A DNA stretch of 64,000 nt from Candidatus Poribacteria bacterium (GCA_963665235.2 CAXXLX010000002.1:192001-256000), one strand, 5' to 3'. Numbered from the stretch's first letter, positions 41,306-51,696 are shown. Notes: generated from the letters alone by a model not told the origin. A program made the numbers and translations.

Positions 41306-43255
41306 CTAAATTTGCGTAAGTCCTGTTTCTATTTCGGATAGCCGTGTGAGATGCCAATTTGGGTCGTTTAGTGCTTCGTAAAGGACACCGCCTTCAACAT
41401 TTGCGGGCATTGGTAGTCCTAGCAAATAGCACAACGTTGGGGCAACATCCACTACGCGGACCTGTCGTTCTAGTGCAACGCCTTGCCGGACTCCCGCGCC
41501 GGAGAGGATAAATGTGGAATGCTGCCCCCCAATGCCGAAACTAACGGATGGTAGCTGTTTGCCGTGTGCTCCATCGAACTCCGGGCGTAGGGCATAGACA
41601 ACATCGCCGACGAGGTCGCCGTGTAGGTTTAACATTTCTGCGTCTTCGCGCGTCACTGCCAATGAGAAGGGGTGTCTTCCTGTTTCAGGGTCGCGGTAGG
41701 CGTGCAGTGCGGCGATAATCTCGCGTTGCGTTGTTTCGTAATCTGCTGGGACAACAATACCGTTCGGTTCACGTCCTGTGAGGTTGATAAAGATATGGAC
41801 TAAGCCGATGTTAACCGCCCGCGTCTGTGTCCAATCTATTGCCCCACTTGTGTCTTTGACAATGAAACCGGTCTCTTCCAGAACCGTTTCAATGTCCACA
41901 GCGCGAAATTGATTGGGGGTGCCGCCGTGGTCGGCACAGATAAGGACGACCGTTTCCTCATCGGCTATTTCGGTTATCTGTCCAATCATGCGGTCTACAG
42001 ATTCGTAAGTGCGCCGCAGTCCTTCCCGGCATCGATGGATTGTTTCTGCTGCTGCGCCACTGATTTCATCCGCTTGGCTAAGGAAGAAATGGCTCGCGTA
42101 GTCTGGGGCATGTGTCTCTACCATAAGGACATCCCAATCGTTTTGGGAGGCGAGATGCGTTGCCACATCTGCGAGACGCTGATGATGATAGTCCAATAGC
42201 TCAAAATAGGTGTCATCATCCACCTGTCCGAGTGCGTCTCGTGCGGGGTTTTGGAGGAACGGCCCGATGTTTTCGTCAATCGTGGTAGCAGTAGCCGCTG
42301 GCACAGTGTAGCCGGTTCGGGGCCAAATCTGTGGTACAAAAAGTTCAAAGGCATCGGCTGTTGCGGTAAGCGTAATGAGTTTCATGCGGACATAGCCCTC
42401 AATAGGACTTGCATCAATTTCGAACGTATCCAACCACCAGTCACTCCAGTCCCCGACTCCCATGTCTGCTACGATATCCGCTGTGTCTCGGCTGCGGCAC
42501 ACGCGTATACGGTCGTATCCGTTTTGCCCGGTGGCGTAAATCAATCCATAGAAGGGTTTGGGGGCACCGGTTCTGCCGCGGTTCATATTTTCTCTACCGC
42601 GTGCCAAGGGGTGGATAGTGAGTTCTACGGCTTGGACAGGTTTGTTGGAATCAGGCAATGCGCCTTGCCATCTATTTGTGTCAACCGGTTGAATTGTCAC
42701 CGGGTCAATATGTCGGATTTTCTGTAATGCGCTAGGGTCTAGGGTTTCCGGGTCTCGTTGCCCGCCGATGGGTCGTGGTGCCCATTTTCCCGCGACAAAG
42801 AGATGATACCCCGCAATTTGGTGATGATTTGAGACACCGGGGCCTGTTCCCTCTACCTGAATGCCTGTTTTGACGGTAGGTGGCCAGGACATTTCCCATT
42901 TTACTAAAATTGGTTTTCCGCCGGCACGTTCTACGAGATTCCAGAGGTATTCGGATTGACACAATCCTGTGTTAATGCCCCACACTGTTTTATGAAGCGG
43001 TTCGCCGATAGCGCGAATGTTGAAATCCATGACGCGATGTGTGCCGGGCCACGAACCGGTAGAGAGTGCGGTCCAGCCAGGGGGCGTTAGTGTGGGGAAT
43101 ACGCCTATCATTGCGCGATGTACGCCTGTGTCGCGGAGTTTCGCCATATTTGGGGTGTGCCCCCACACAATCATGTTATTTACGAGTTCCATACTTGCAC
43201 CATCCATACCAATAATGATGGCGCGTTTTGCAGGGGAAAGTTGTGTGCGTTTCAT
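41306..43255 (-). CDS. Alkaline phosphatase superfamily / nucleotide pyrophosphatase-phosphodiesterase
   Basis: IIIGMDGA, PTLTPPGWTALSTG, ADHG, VDVAPT. Confidence 0.85.
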   Translation of the reverse strand: MKRTQLSPAKRAIIIGMDGASMELVNNMIVWGHTPNMAKLRDTGVHRAMIGVFPTLTPPGWTALSTGSWPGTHRVMDFNIRAIGEPLHKTVWGINTGLCQSEYLWNLVERAGGKPILVKWEMSWPPTVKTGIQVEGTGPGVSNHHQIAGYHLFVAGKWAPRPIGGQRDPETLDPSALQKIRHIDPVTIQPVDTNRWQGALPDSNKPVQAVELTIHPLARGRENMNRGRTGAPKPFYGLIYATGQNGYDRIRVCRSRDTADIVADMGVGDWSDWWLDTFEIDASPIEGYVRMKLITLTATADAFELFVPQIWPRTGYTVPAATATTIDENIGPFLQNPARDALGQVDDDTYFELLDYHHQRLADVATHLASQNDWDVLMVETHAPDYASHFFLSQADEISGAAAETIHRCREGLRRTYESVDRMIGQITEIADEETVVLICADHGGTPNQFRAVDIETVLEETGFIVKDTSGAIDWTQTRAVNIGLVHIFINLTGREPNGIVVPADYETTQREIIAALHAYRDPETGRHPFSLAVTREDAEMLNLHGDLVGDVVYALRPEFDGAHGKQLPSVSFGIGGQHSTFILSGAGVRQGVALERQVRVVDVAPTLCYLLGLPMPANVEGGVLYEALNDPNWHLTRLSEIETGLTQI

Positions 43256-43359
43256 GAAAGAATTCCTTAAATTGTAAGCAAGATGGTTGAACGGGCAATG
43301 AATTACCCCTACTACAAACCGCTCAAGAACGGGTAATGAATTACCCTACTACAAACCGA

Positions 43360-45078
43360 TTAAGAATGGGCAATCGTCTCCTTTAATTTCTGTAGCGGAT
43401 ATGTGTTGATGACATCCGCTTTTGTTAGCCATCCACGGCGCGCGACATTTATGCCGAATTGGCGGTTTTCAAATCGGATGGCGGCATGTGCATCTGTGTT
43501 GACTGCGAATAGGACACCGGCAGTTTTTGCTTTTCGCACATATTCGGGCCCTAAATCCAATCGGGTAGGTGAACTGTTAATCTCTAATGCTGTGCGGTTC
43601 GCTGCTGCGGCATTAATAATTTCATCAAAATTAACTGGGTACATTGCACGTTTGCCGAGTAAACGTCCTGTCGGGTGTCCGATGATTTTGACAAACCGAT
43701 TCTCAATTGCCCGAACAATGCGACGGGTCATCTCTGTCTCTGATAGCGAGAAATGACTGTGGACACTTGCAACAACGATATCAAGCTGTGCGAGAATTTC
43801 ATCAGGGAAATCGAGAGTGCCATCCTTACGGATATCCACTTCAGAGCCGGTGAGCACTGTGATACCGTCGGTTACAACGTCTAATTCGCGTATCTGTGCT
43901 ATCTGTGATAACAACCGATTTTGGTCTAAACCGTTGGCGACAGTGGAGGAAACGGAATGGTCGGTGATGGCGATGTATTCCAATCCGTGCGTTTTGGCTG
44001 CTGCAACCATCTCGGCGAGGGTATTCGCGCCATCGCTGTGGTTGGTGTGCACGTGTAGGTCACCTTTTAAATCGGCGGTTTGGATAAGCGTTGGCAGCTT
44101 GTCTTGTAGGGCAGCGATGATAGCGTCGCCATCCTGGCGGAGTTCAGGTTCAATATAGAGTCCTTGCACCCCGATTTTTTCATAGATGGCGGTTTCAGTT
44201 GGTGTGTCAATGTCGTAACGTGAATCAGGGCTCTGTTTTTCAAATTCGGATAGATGTGCCTCAGTTGCGGTTGTGATAAAGCAGGTCGGGATGTATCCGG
44301 CGGTATCAGCTATGTAGATATCTACAGGAAAATCGCCATCAACACGGCACTGAATTGTAGGTTGCGGGTGTTGCAGCGGTGTTTCAGTGGGCTGTTCGTG
44401 TGCGTCAATGCCGTGTTTTGATAGGTGTTCGATGAGGGTACGTTGCGTTGTGTGTATATCTTCGGCGCATTCAACAACGACTGATAGACTACGATAGACC
44501 TCTTCCCGTCGGCGTAAATCCCCTGTGAATTGGTGTTGTTTAACAGCACCACAGTTTTTGAAAATTTCGGAGAGGTTTTCTGCAAGGTTTAAGGTTTTAT
44601 GAATGAGTCGCGTGCCGCGGTAGGTGTTAAGAAATCGGAGGCTTTCAGTAATATTTGCGATAGTCTTTTTGCCCAATCCCTTCATGTGCTGGAGTTTTCC
44701 ATCTCCAAGGGCTTCGTTGAGGTGCGTAAGACTTTTAATGCCAAGTTCAGAATAGAGTCGACTTGCGGTTTTGCTGCCGACTCCTCGGAGTTCTAGGAGG
44801 TCCAGGACCTCTGTTCCCATTTCAGCGACGAGCCCATCGTAAAATTTGCAGCTGCCCGTTTCCAGTATTTCTTCAGTTTTCTCTAATAGGGTTTTGCCAA
44901 TTCCGGGCAGGTCTTGGAGGGTACCCGCTGCTACAAGTTGCTGAATGTCAACGGTTAACGTGTCGATTGTATCGGCAGCTTTGTCGTAGCTCCGTGAACG
45001 GAATGTAGCGTCTCCACGGATTTGTAGGAGTTTGCTGATGTTCCTAAAGATGGCACTAATTTCACTGTTTTGAATCAT
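43360..45078 (-). CDS. polX: PolX-PHP protein with altered polymerase active site
   Basis: N-terminal HhH motifs; GDLRR..EVYRSLSVVV in place of the DxD motif; intact PHP motifs HVHT..SDG, TDHS, GHP, TDAH. Confidence 0.9.
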   Translation of the reverse strand: MIQNSEISAIFRNISKLLQIRGDATFRSRSYDKAADTIDTLTVDIQQLVAAGTLQDLPGIGKTLLEKTEEILETGSCKFYDGLVAEMGTEVLDLLELRGVGSKTASRLYSELGIKSLTHLNEALGDGKLQHMKGLGKKTIANITESLRFLNTYRGTRLIHKTLNLAENLSEIFKNCGAVKQHQFTGDLRRREEVYRSLSVVVECAEDIHTTQRTLIEHLSKHGIDAHEQPTETPLQHPQPTIQCRVDGDFPVDIYIADTAGYIPTCFITTATEAHLSEFEKQSPDSRYDIDTPTETAIYEKIGVQGLYIEPELRQDGDAIIAALQDKLPTLIQTADLKGDLHVHTNHSDGANTLAEMVAAAKTHGLEYIAITDHSVSSTVANGLDQNRLLSQIAQIRELDVVTDGITVLTGSEVDIRKDGTLDFPDEILAQLDIVVASVHSHFSLSETEMTRRIVRAIENRFVKIIGHPTGRLLGKRAMYPVNFDEIINAAAANRTALEINSSPTRLDLGPEYVRKAKTAGVLFAVNTDAHAAIRFENRQFGINVARRGWLTKADVINTYPLQKLKETIAHS

Positions 45079-45922
45079 AGTTTCTGGTGATAAAATCTGA
45101 AAGGAGGCTTGCCAAAAATCCGATGAAGCTCCCGCTGATGACGATTAAGATGAGTTGATAAACTGGTAAGAAGTCCATTGCACCTATTTGGTCATTGAAG
45201 ATATAGAAGAGTATATAGAAACAACCTATTCCGATAAGGGTTCCGATGCAGCCAAGGAAAACGCCTTGGATAAGAAAAGGGGTGCTGATATATCCGCGTT
45301 CTGCCCCGATGAGGTGCATGAGTTGAATTTCTTCCCGCTGGGTTCGGACAGTTCTTAGCACTACGACATAAATGGTAAAAAAGAGTAGGAGTATTGCGAT
45401 GGTACCGCTGGCAATTGTTATGCGGTTTGTCTGTCGCATGAGTGCGGTGAGTTTACCGTGTTCTGTTAAGCTAACATCTTCGATTTGGTTGTAAGCTTCA
45501 AGGTTAATGGCGATTTCCTCTAAGGTTTTGAGTTCATCTGAGTCAACATAAATTTCTAGGGATGCTGGGAACGGATTGCCGCGTGAGAATTCATCTTGAA
45601 TCAAGCGGCTCAGCTCCCCGAATTGTGTTTGCGCGCGGGTAAAGCTTTCTGCCTTGGAGACATAATCAACGGTAAGGATTCGGTTTTCTTTCTGGATCTG
45701 GTTAGCAAAAACAACCCCCTTTGATTCCGTGACTGTGTCGCTAAGAAAAGCGACGAGCGGTGGTACAGTGTGATGGAATTCAAGCTCCTGATAGACGAAG
45801 CTGTGGTTTAGCAGGAACGCGTTGAATATGACAGTAAAAAAGGCAACCCCTACCAGACTTAACAGATTGATGGAGCTGGCGTTGTGTATGTGGTGGAGTG
45901 CGTTTTGAAGTTGATAGCGCAT
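45062..45922 (-). CDS. ftsX: FtsX-like permease
   Basis: TM1, YVSK.E, NPFPASLEI, EEIQLMHLIGA...I..PF..QG. Confidence 0.85.
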   Translation of the reverse strand: MRYQLQNALHHIHNASSINLLSLVGVAFFTVIFNAFLLNHSFVYQELEFHHTVPPLVAFLSDTVTESKGVVFANQIQKENRILTVDYVSKAESFTRAQTQFGELSRLIQDEFSRGNPFPASLEIYVDSDELKTLEEIAINLEAYNQIEDVSLTEHGKLTALMRQTNRITIASGTIAILLLFFTIYVVVLRTVRTQREEIQLMHLIGAERGYISTPFLIQGVFLGCIGTLIGIGCFYILFYIFNDQIGAMDFLPVYQLILIVISGSFIGFLASLLSDFITRNYDSKQ

Positions 45923-45978
45923 CGTTTTTGCCTTCTTAATTGTCGTTTAAGTAGTGCGTTTATAGGTGCAGCAGGTAT

Positions 45979-47414
45979 TTGACATACTCACCCTGCTAAA
46001 GCATGGGTGATTCTTAGCTCTTATACTGGAAACAAACTGAGTTGTTCCCAAGTGGCTTTTCCTGCTTCCGTCTCTCGTGCCCCCCTCTCATGAGTCTCAT
46101 GAGAGTTAGAGGGTCTTATTTGGACTCCACAGGCGTTTTGGCTCTCGGCATGCCCTGCCGCGAGGTTTTTTAAGTTTATAGCAGCGTTCAGGTCTCTATC
46201 TAGTGACACCCCACATTCGCTGCAAGGGTATGTTCTTTCTGACAGTGTTAAGTCTGCTTTCTTATGCCCACAACCGCTGCAAGTCTTGCTACTCGCAAAG
46301 AACTGGGAGGCTTCGGTTACAAGGATACCGCGCGCCTCGGCTTTCGTCTTTAGCAACGATAGAAAACCGCCTAACGCACTATCACTTAACGCTTTAGCAA
46401 GGGTTCTATTCTTTAGCAGGTTAGACACTTTTAGCGTCTCAATGACAATGCCTGACGCACGATTGACAATAGCCGTGCTGGCTTTCTGGTGCGCATCGCA
46501 GCGGATAGAGGCAACTTTATAGTGGATACGCTCAACGAGCCGCTTCTGCTTGAACCAGTTTTTAGACTGCGGCACTTGACGGCTCAACTTCCGTTGGGCA
46601 CGGGCTAACTTGCGCTCATACCGTTTCAAAGGCCTCGGGTTCTCATATTTTGTGCCATCACTGCACGTCGCTAACGTGTTGATACCGACATCTATACCGA
46701 TTATGGGGTGTGTTGATACATCAACAACTTCGGTGTTCTCCACTTCAACGGTGATAGAGACGAACCAACGATGCGCCGTGCGACTTATGGTCACTTTTAT
46801 GATTTTGCCTGCCAAACGTAACGCTTGATGCATTCGCACCCAACCAATCTTGGGTAACTTGATATATTTGCCCCGAACTTCAACGAATTGATTGTTTGTT
46901 GTGAAACTCTCTTTTTGGCCGCGCCGCTTAAACCTCGGAAACTTGGCTTGTTGGTCCACCCAGTTCTTGATGGCAGCAGCCAAGTTAACAAAAATGCTTT
47001 TGTTCGCAACAACCTGATCCATGCCGGAGGTCCACTCATACCCTTTTTTCCTTTGATTAAATCGCTCATTCAACGTGGCGGCAGACAGGAAGTTATCCAC
47101 ATCTAAGCCTGCCTTGAAGTCTGCTAAGGCAGAATTATAGGCAAAACGGGAATAGCCGCTTTGTTGGGCAAACCAACTACGTTGCACATTGTTCGGCGCT
47201 AATGCGATTTTGTGTGTTTTGTATGGCATATTCTGACTCCTGAAAGGTTGCTGACTCCCGCGTTAAGGGGGTGATGGAGTTAACGCCTCCATCACTGAGT
47301 CAGTTCTAATAGTATACCACATTATCGGTAAAAGGTAAATATGTTCCTTTTCAACTCATGCGCCGCTACTACATCCCCCAGCTAAAGCACGGGGCTTTTG
47401 TAGCGGAAGAATAG
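45979..47414 (-). mobile_element. IS200/IS605-family TnpB-only element between ftsE and ftsX
   Basis: Same ends as 25746-27154: TTTAT target (47415-47419, minus strand), GCTTTAGC hairpins, GAGTATGTCAA right end. Confidence 0.88.
46021..47229 (-). CDS. tnpB: RNA-guided endonuclease TnpB
   Basis: IGIDVGI, IETL, SSKTCSGCG..CSECG, DRDLNAAINL. Confidence 0.93.
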   Translation of the reverse strand: MPYKTHKIALAPNNVQRSWFAQQSGYSRFAYNSALADFKAGLDVDNFLSAATLNERFNQRKKGYEWTSGMDQVVANKSIFVNLAAAIKNWVDQQAKFPRFKRRGQKESFTTNNQFVEVRGKYIKLPKIGWVRMHQALRLAGKIIKVTISRTAHRWFVSITVEVENTEVVDVSTHPIIGIDVGINTLATCSDGTKYENPRPLKRYERKLARAQRKLSRQVPQSKNWFKQKRLVERIHYKVASIRCDAHQKASTAIVNRASGIVIETLKVSNLLKNRTLAKALSDSALGGFLSLLKTKAEARGILVTEASQFFASSKTCSGCGHKKADLTLSERTYPCSECGVSLDRDLNAAINLKNLAAGHAESQNACGVQIRPSNSHETHERGARETEAGKATWEQLSLFPV

Positions 47415-47430
47415 ATAAACGGTGGGCTCC

Positions 47431-48102
47431 TTAGTAAATATGTCCATCCTTGAGGTGAATAATTCGCTTCGGCGTGCTATTTCTGTAGCGTGCATACTTT
47501 TGGGGCAGCTCTGGGTCTGCGGTTGCGATTAAGACGGTGAGATGTACTTGTGTATTGAGCGCGTCAAAGAGTGCCAGCATCTCAAGAGCTAATTTCGGGT
47601 CTAGGGTATCTGTTGGCTGGTCGGCTAGGAGCAGCAGGGGTTTGTTGATAAGTGCTCGTGCAATAGCGAGTCGGTGTTTTTCATTTTCAGATATGTGTGT
47701 AGGGTGCGCGTCGCGACGGTGTGTTAGTCCCATCTGGTAGAGCAGCTTGCTGACGTTCTCACGGGCAACGGCTGGGTGTGCGCCGATGATTTTTTGCGGC
47801 AGTTCCAGATTTTTCTCAACCGTTTTGGTGTTGAGCAGCTTGCAATCTTGAAAAACTATTCCAATTTTCTGTCGAAAATTGGGTAACGTTGCAGGGGTGA
47901 GTTCGGAGAGTGCCTGTCCAAGCACGTTGAGGTGTCCTGTAACAGGCACTAATTCGCGGTACAACAGCTTAAGCAGGGTTGTTTTCCCTGCCCCACTCTC
48001 GCCTACTATGAAGGCAAATTCTCCGCGTTCTATACGAAAGCTAGCTCGCTCTAAGACACTGAGATTTTCATAACTGAAGTTAACTTGATGGCATTGAATC
48101 AT
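47431..48102 (-). CDS. ftsE: FtsE-like ABC ATPase with degenerate hydrolysis motifs
   Basis: GESGAGKTT and IGIVFQD.KLL as in FtsE; signature ISENE, Walker B LADQPT, switch ATAD. Confidence 0.8.
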   Translation of the reverse strand: MIQCHQVNFSYENLSVLERASFRIERGEFAFIVGESGAGKTTLLKLLYRELVPVTGHLNVLGQALSELTPATLPNFRQKIGIVFQDCKLLNTKTVEKNLELPQKIIGAHPAVARENVSKLLYQMGLTHRRDAHPTHISENEKHRLAIARALINKPLLLLADQPTDTLDPKLALEMLALFDALNTQVHLTVLIATADPELPQKYARYRNSTPKRIIHLKDGHIY

Positions 48103-48222
48103 TTGATGCGTGGTCTCCGCCCGCCTGCTCCCGGTGTTGGCAGGCGTTTCGTTATAATGTAGTACAGTTCGGTCGGGGAAACCCCGCCCCTACAACTGAT
48201 TTCGGTCGGGGAAACCCCCCCC

Positions 48223-50523
48223 TTACGATTGATTGTCCTCTGTCAGCGGTGTGGTATAGTCACACGTTTTTGAAGCGCATGCCCGTAGGATTTCTCCTGT
48301 TTTTTTCGTTTTCTCAACGATGAAAGGTGCCTTACATTTTGGGCACGGTTCCGCAATAGGCTTATCCCAGCTTGCGAATTTGCATGTGGGGTAGTTGCTA
48401 CATCCGTAAAAGATTTTTCCGCTTCTGCTGCGGCGTTCGCCGAGGTATCCGTCACATTCCTGTTCTGGGCAGTCAACGCCCATCGGAATAGGTTTTGCGT
48501 TTTTACACTTTGGGTATCCGCTGCATGATAGGAATCGTGCGCCGGCTCGGCTGTGTTTGATGACCATCGGTTTGCCACACTTATCGCAGGCGGTATCTGT
48601 CTGTTCTGGTGGCGCGATTGGGGTATCATCGGCGTTCAGATTTTTGATATTTCGGCATTCTGGATAATTTGCGCATCCAATAAAGCGTCCATATTTTCCC
48701 CATTTGATAAGCATTTTCCCGCCGCACTTGTCGCAGGTTTCATCGGCTTCTACTTCCATCGCCTTTCGGGCTTCATACATTTTATCCGGTGCTGCTTCCA
48801 AAGCAGCTTGAAAAGGCGGATAGAACTCCCTGAGTGTGTCAATCCATCCAACTTTTCCTTCGGCGATAGTATCTAATTTCTGTTCCATCTCCTTGGTAAA
48901 TTCAACATCGACAATATCGGGAAATCCTGCTATTAGGAGTGCGTTGACGAGCTGTCCGACATCTGTGGGTAGGAGGCGCGCCTGCTCTTTTGTCACATAC
49001 CCCCGGTCCTGAATCGTGGAGAGAATAGTAGCATAAGTGCTCGGTCTGCCAATCTCCTCCGCTTCTAATGCTTTAATAAGTGTTGCCTCGTTATAGCGAG
49101 GGGGTGGTTGCGTCCAGTGTTGTTTCGGCATCAACTTTTGCAACGTGAGCTCCTCTCCCTCCTTTACTATTGGCAGCGTGACGTTTTCTGAGGGTGTGTT
49201 ATCCTGAGCGTTAGTGGCATCATCTACCCCCTCCATATAGATACGTCTGAAGCCATCAAACTTGATGACGGAGCCGGTTGCGCGGAAGAGATAGGTGCCG
49301 GCTTTGATGTCAATCGTTGTTGCGTCAAAGATAGCCGGTTTCATTTGACTGGCGATGAACCGTTTCCAAATTAAGTCATAGAGGCGATATTGCTGCGCAT
49401 CGAGGTAAGGTTTCAAGGATTCAGGTGTTCTTAGGGGTACCGTCGGGCGAATAGCTTCATGTGCGTCTTGTGCTCCCTGTTTGCGTCTATACTGTACAGC
49501 GCGGGTTGGGAGATATGCTTCTCCGTAGGTGTCGCCGATGTATTCTCTAACGGCACTAAGAGCTTCTGCTGCTACGCGCGTAGAATCGGTACGCATGTAG
49601 GTAATGAGTCCAAGCGTTCCCTCTTCTCCAATTTCTAGACCTTCATAAAGTTGTTGGGCAATGCTCATCGTTCTTTTTGCAGTAAATCGGAGTTTTCGAG
49701 AGGCTTCTTGTTGTAGTGTGCTCGTGATAAAAGGTGCGACCGGATGCTGTTTTCGTTCCCGTTTTTGTACCTTCTCAACGGTATATGTTTGTGTCTTTGC
49801 GTCTTCGGCTAATTCGTTGGCGCGGGCTTCATCGATGCGAAAGCCGTAGTTGTTAATTTCGCCTTTCTTGCTTCCAATTTTATGTAATTTTGCAAGGAAG
49901 GGATGCTCCTTCGGTTTCGGTGTTAGTGTAGCGGTGAGTGTCCAATATTCCTCTGGTTTAAACGCCTCAATTTCCGCTTCCCGTTCACAGATAAGCCGTA
50001 CTGCGACCGATTGCACCCTACCGGCACTGAGCCCCGGTTTCACGTTGCGCCACAAAATAGGGCTAATCTTGTATCCGACGAGTCTATCTAAAACGCGCCG
50101 TGCTTGTTGTGCATCCACAAGTGCCTGGTCAATCTGCTCCGGTTTTTGAACGGCCTCCAGGATGGCACTTTTAGTGACCTCGTTGTAGATGATACGATAG
50201 ATGGGTTTTTTCGCTTTCTTCAATTCAGCAGCGAGGTGCCAACAGATAGCTTCGCCTTCTCTATCTGGGTCTGCGGCGAGATAGATGTTGTCGACCTTCT
50301 TGGCTTTCTCCTGAAGGGCTTTCACAACTGCCCCTTTTCCGCGAATTAACACATATTTCGGGGTGAATCCGTTTTCTACATCAACGCCCAATTCCTTTTT
50401 CGGAAGGTCGCGGATATGACCAACAGAGGAGTCGACAATGTAGCCGCTCCCCAGAATTTTTTTGATAGTTTTCGCTTTTGCAGGCGATTCAACAACAACC
50501 AACGATTTAGATTTTCGACTCAT
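48223..50523 (-). CDS. topA: DNA topoisomerase I
   Basis: VVVESPAKAKTI, DPDREGEAI, SAGRVQS, ITYMRTDS, C-terminal zinc ribbons. Confidence 0.97.
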   Translation of the reverse strand: MSRKSKSLVVVESPAKAKTIKKILGSGYIVDSSVGHIRDLPKKELGVDVENGFTPKYVLIRGKGAVVKALQEKAKKVDNIYLAADPDREGEAICWHLAAELKKAKKPIYRIIYNEVTKSAILEAVQKPEQIDQALVDAQQARRVLDRLVGYKISPILWRNVKPGLSAGRVQSVAVRLICEREAEIEAFKPEEYWTLTATLTPKPKEHPFLAKLHKIGSKKGEINNYGFRIDEARANELAEDAKTQTYTVEKVQKRERKQHPVAPFITSTLQQEASRKLRFTAKRTMSIAQQLYEGLEIGEEGTLGLITYMRTDSTRVAAEALSAVREYIGDTYGEAYLPTRAVQYRRKQGAQDAHEAIRPTVPLRTPESLKPYLDAQQYRLYDLIWKRFIASQMKPAIFDATTIDIKAGTYLFRATGSVIKFDGFRRIYMEGVDDATNAQDNTPSENVTLPIVKEGEELTLQKLMPKQHWTQPPPRYNEATLIKALEAEEIGRPSTYATILSTIQDRGYVTKEQARLLPTDVGQLVNALLIAGFPDIVDVEFTKEMEQKLDTIAEGKVGWIDTLREFYPPFQAALEAAPDKMYEARKAMEVEADETCDKCGGKMLIKWGKYGRFIGCANYPECRNIKNLNADDTPIAPPEQTDTACDKCGKPMVIKHSRAGARFLSCSGYPKCKNAKPIPMGVDCPEQECDGYLGERRSRSGKIFYGCSNYPTCKFASWDKPIAEPCPKCKAPFIVEKTKKTGEILRACASKTCDYTTPLTEDNQS

Positions 50524-50799
50524 GGGGCCTCCACTCGCCTGCCGCCGTTGTTAGCAGGCGGTTCGTGATTTTTTTCTGATTCATGGGGCCTCTGCTCCCT
50601 TGCTGCCGTTGTTAGTAGGTGGGGCGTGATAAAGTTAGAAACCCGCCAAGTCCCACACGCGCTTATGGCGTTGAGCTGGCTATCAACAACGGCGATAACG
50701 GTCCAGAGGTCCATGATTCAAACGTTGTGTACTATAAATTAACGTCTAAAATGAAATAAGGTGACAGAATTCAGTATATAGCGTTTGCGAATTACTCGT

Positions 50800-51573
50800 C
50801 TATTGCGCAAACGCGAGGAGCTCGGTGAGCAATTGCCGCATGTCCGCGCGGTGAACGATATTGTCAATAAACCCGTGTGATAGTAAAGATTCAGCTTTCT
50901 GAAAATTTTCGGGCAGCTCTTCTTGTAGACTGGCAACAGCTAAGGGCCCAGCAAAACCGACACGTGCGCCGGGCTCAGCTATAATCACGTCGCCAAGGGA
51001 GGTATAGCTTGCGGTTGCACCTCCGAACGTTGGGTCTGTAATAACAGAGATGTAGAACCCGCCTTTTTGGGCGTATTCGGTACAAGCGGATGCTGTTTTT
51101 GCCATCTGCATCAACGCCAATGTTCCCTCCTGCATCCGCATGCCGCCACTGACAGATACAATAATGAGAGGTAATTGATTTTGTCCGGCGTGTTCTATAC
51201 ATCGGGTGACTTTTTCGCCGATGACTGCCCCGCAGGTCCCCCCGATAAATCCGACATCCCCGATTGCAATAGCAACCGGATAGCCGCCGATTGTAGCAGT
51301 ACCGGAGAGCATCTCACTGCGGAGCCCGGTCTTATTAATGTCGCGTGTGAGTTTCTCCGGATAGTCCGGAAATTCTAAAGCATCAATAGAGTAGAGATGT
51401 GCATCGGCTTCTTGGAAACTCCCTGTATCGACTATAAGGTCGAGTCGCTCGTTTGCGCTCATATAGTGATGTGCATCGCAGTGTGGGCAAACCTTGAGAT
51501 TCTCCATGAATGCCGCGATGTTGATATCTGTGTTGCAATTTCTGCAGGTAATAGTATCTGAAGTCTTGTCCAT
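50800..51573 (-). CDS. accD: Acetyl-CoA carboxylase carboxyltransferase beta subunit
   Basis: CRNC..CPHC zinc finger, SGGMRMQEG..ALMQMAK, DPTFGG, AEPGA.VGFAGP, FQKAE. Confidence 0.92.
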   Translation of the reverse strand: MDKTSDTITCRNCNTDINIAAFMENLKVCPHCDAHHYMSANERLDLIVDTGSFQEADAHLYSIDALEFPDYPEKLTRDINKTGLRSEMLSGTATIGGYPVAIAIGDVGFIGGTCGAVIGEKVTRCIEHAGQNQLPLIIVSVSGGMRMQEGTLALMQMAKTASACTEYAQKGGFYISVITDPTFGGATASYTSLGDVIIAEPGARVGFAGPLAVASLQEELPENFQKAESLLSHGFIDNIVHRADMRQLLTELLAFAQ

Positions 51574-51696
51574 TTTATTCTCTACTTCCGTAGGCGCAAT
51601 CTGCCGATTGCGATTTTAAGTGTAGGTTTACAAAACACATGTTATAAATAATAGCACGTTTATTTGGGAATGTCAAATTTTTTGATTCACGCTGAT

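Noticed and set aside
50520-50714. dprA remnant upstream of topA (TVIAVVDSQLNAI resembles TIAVLGxGLDxI)
   Set aside because: Similarity is too short and weak; the 3' half of the ORF consists of the duplicated leader repeat
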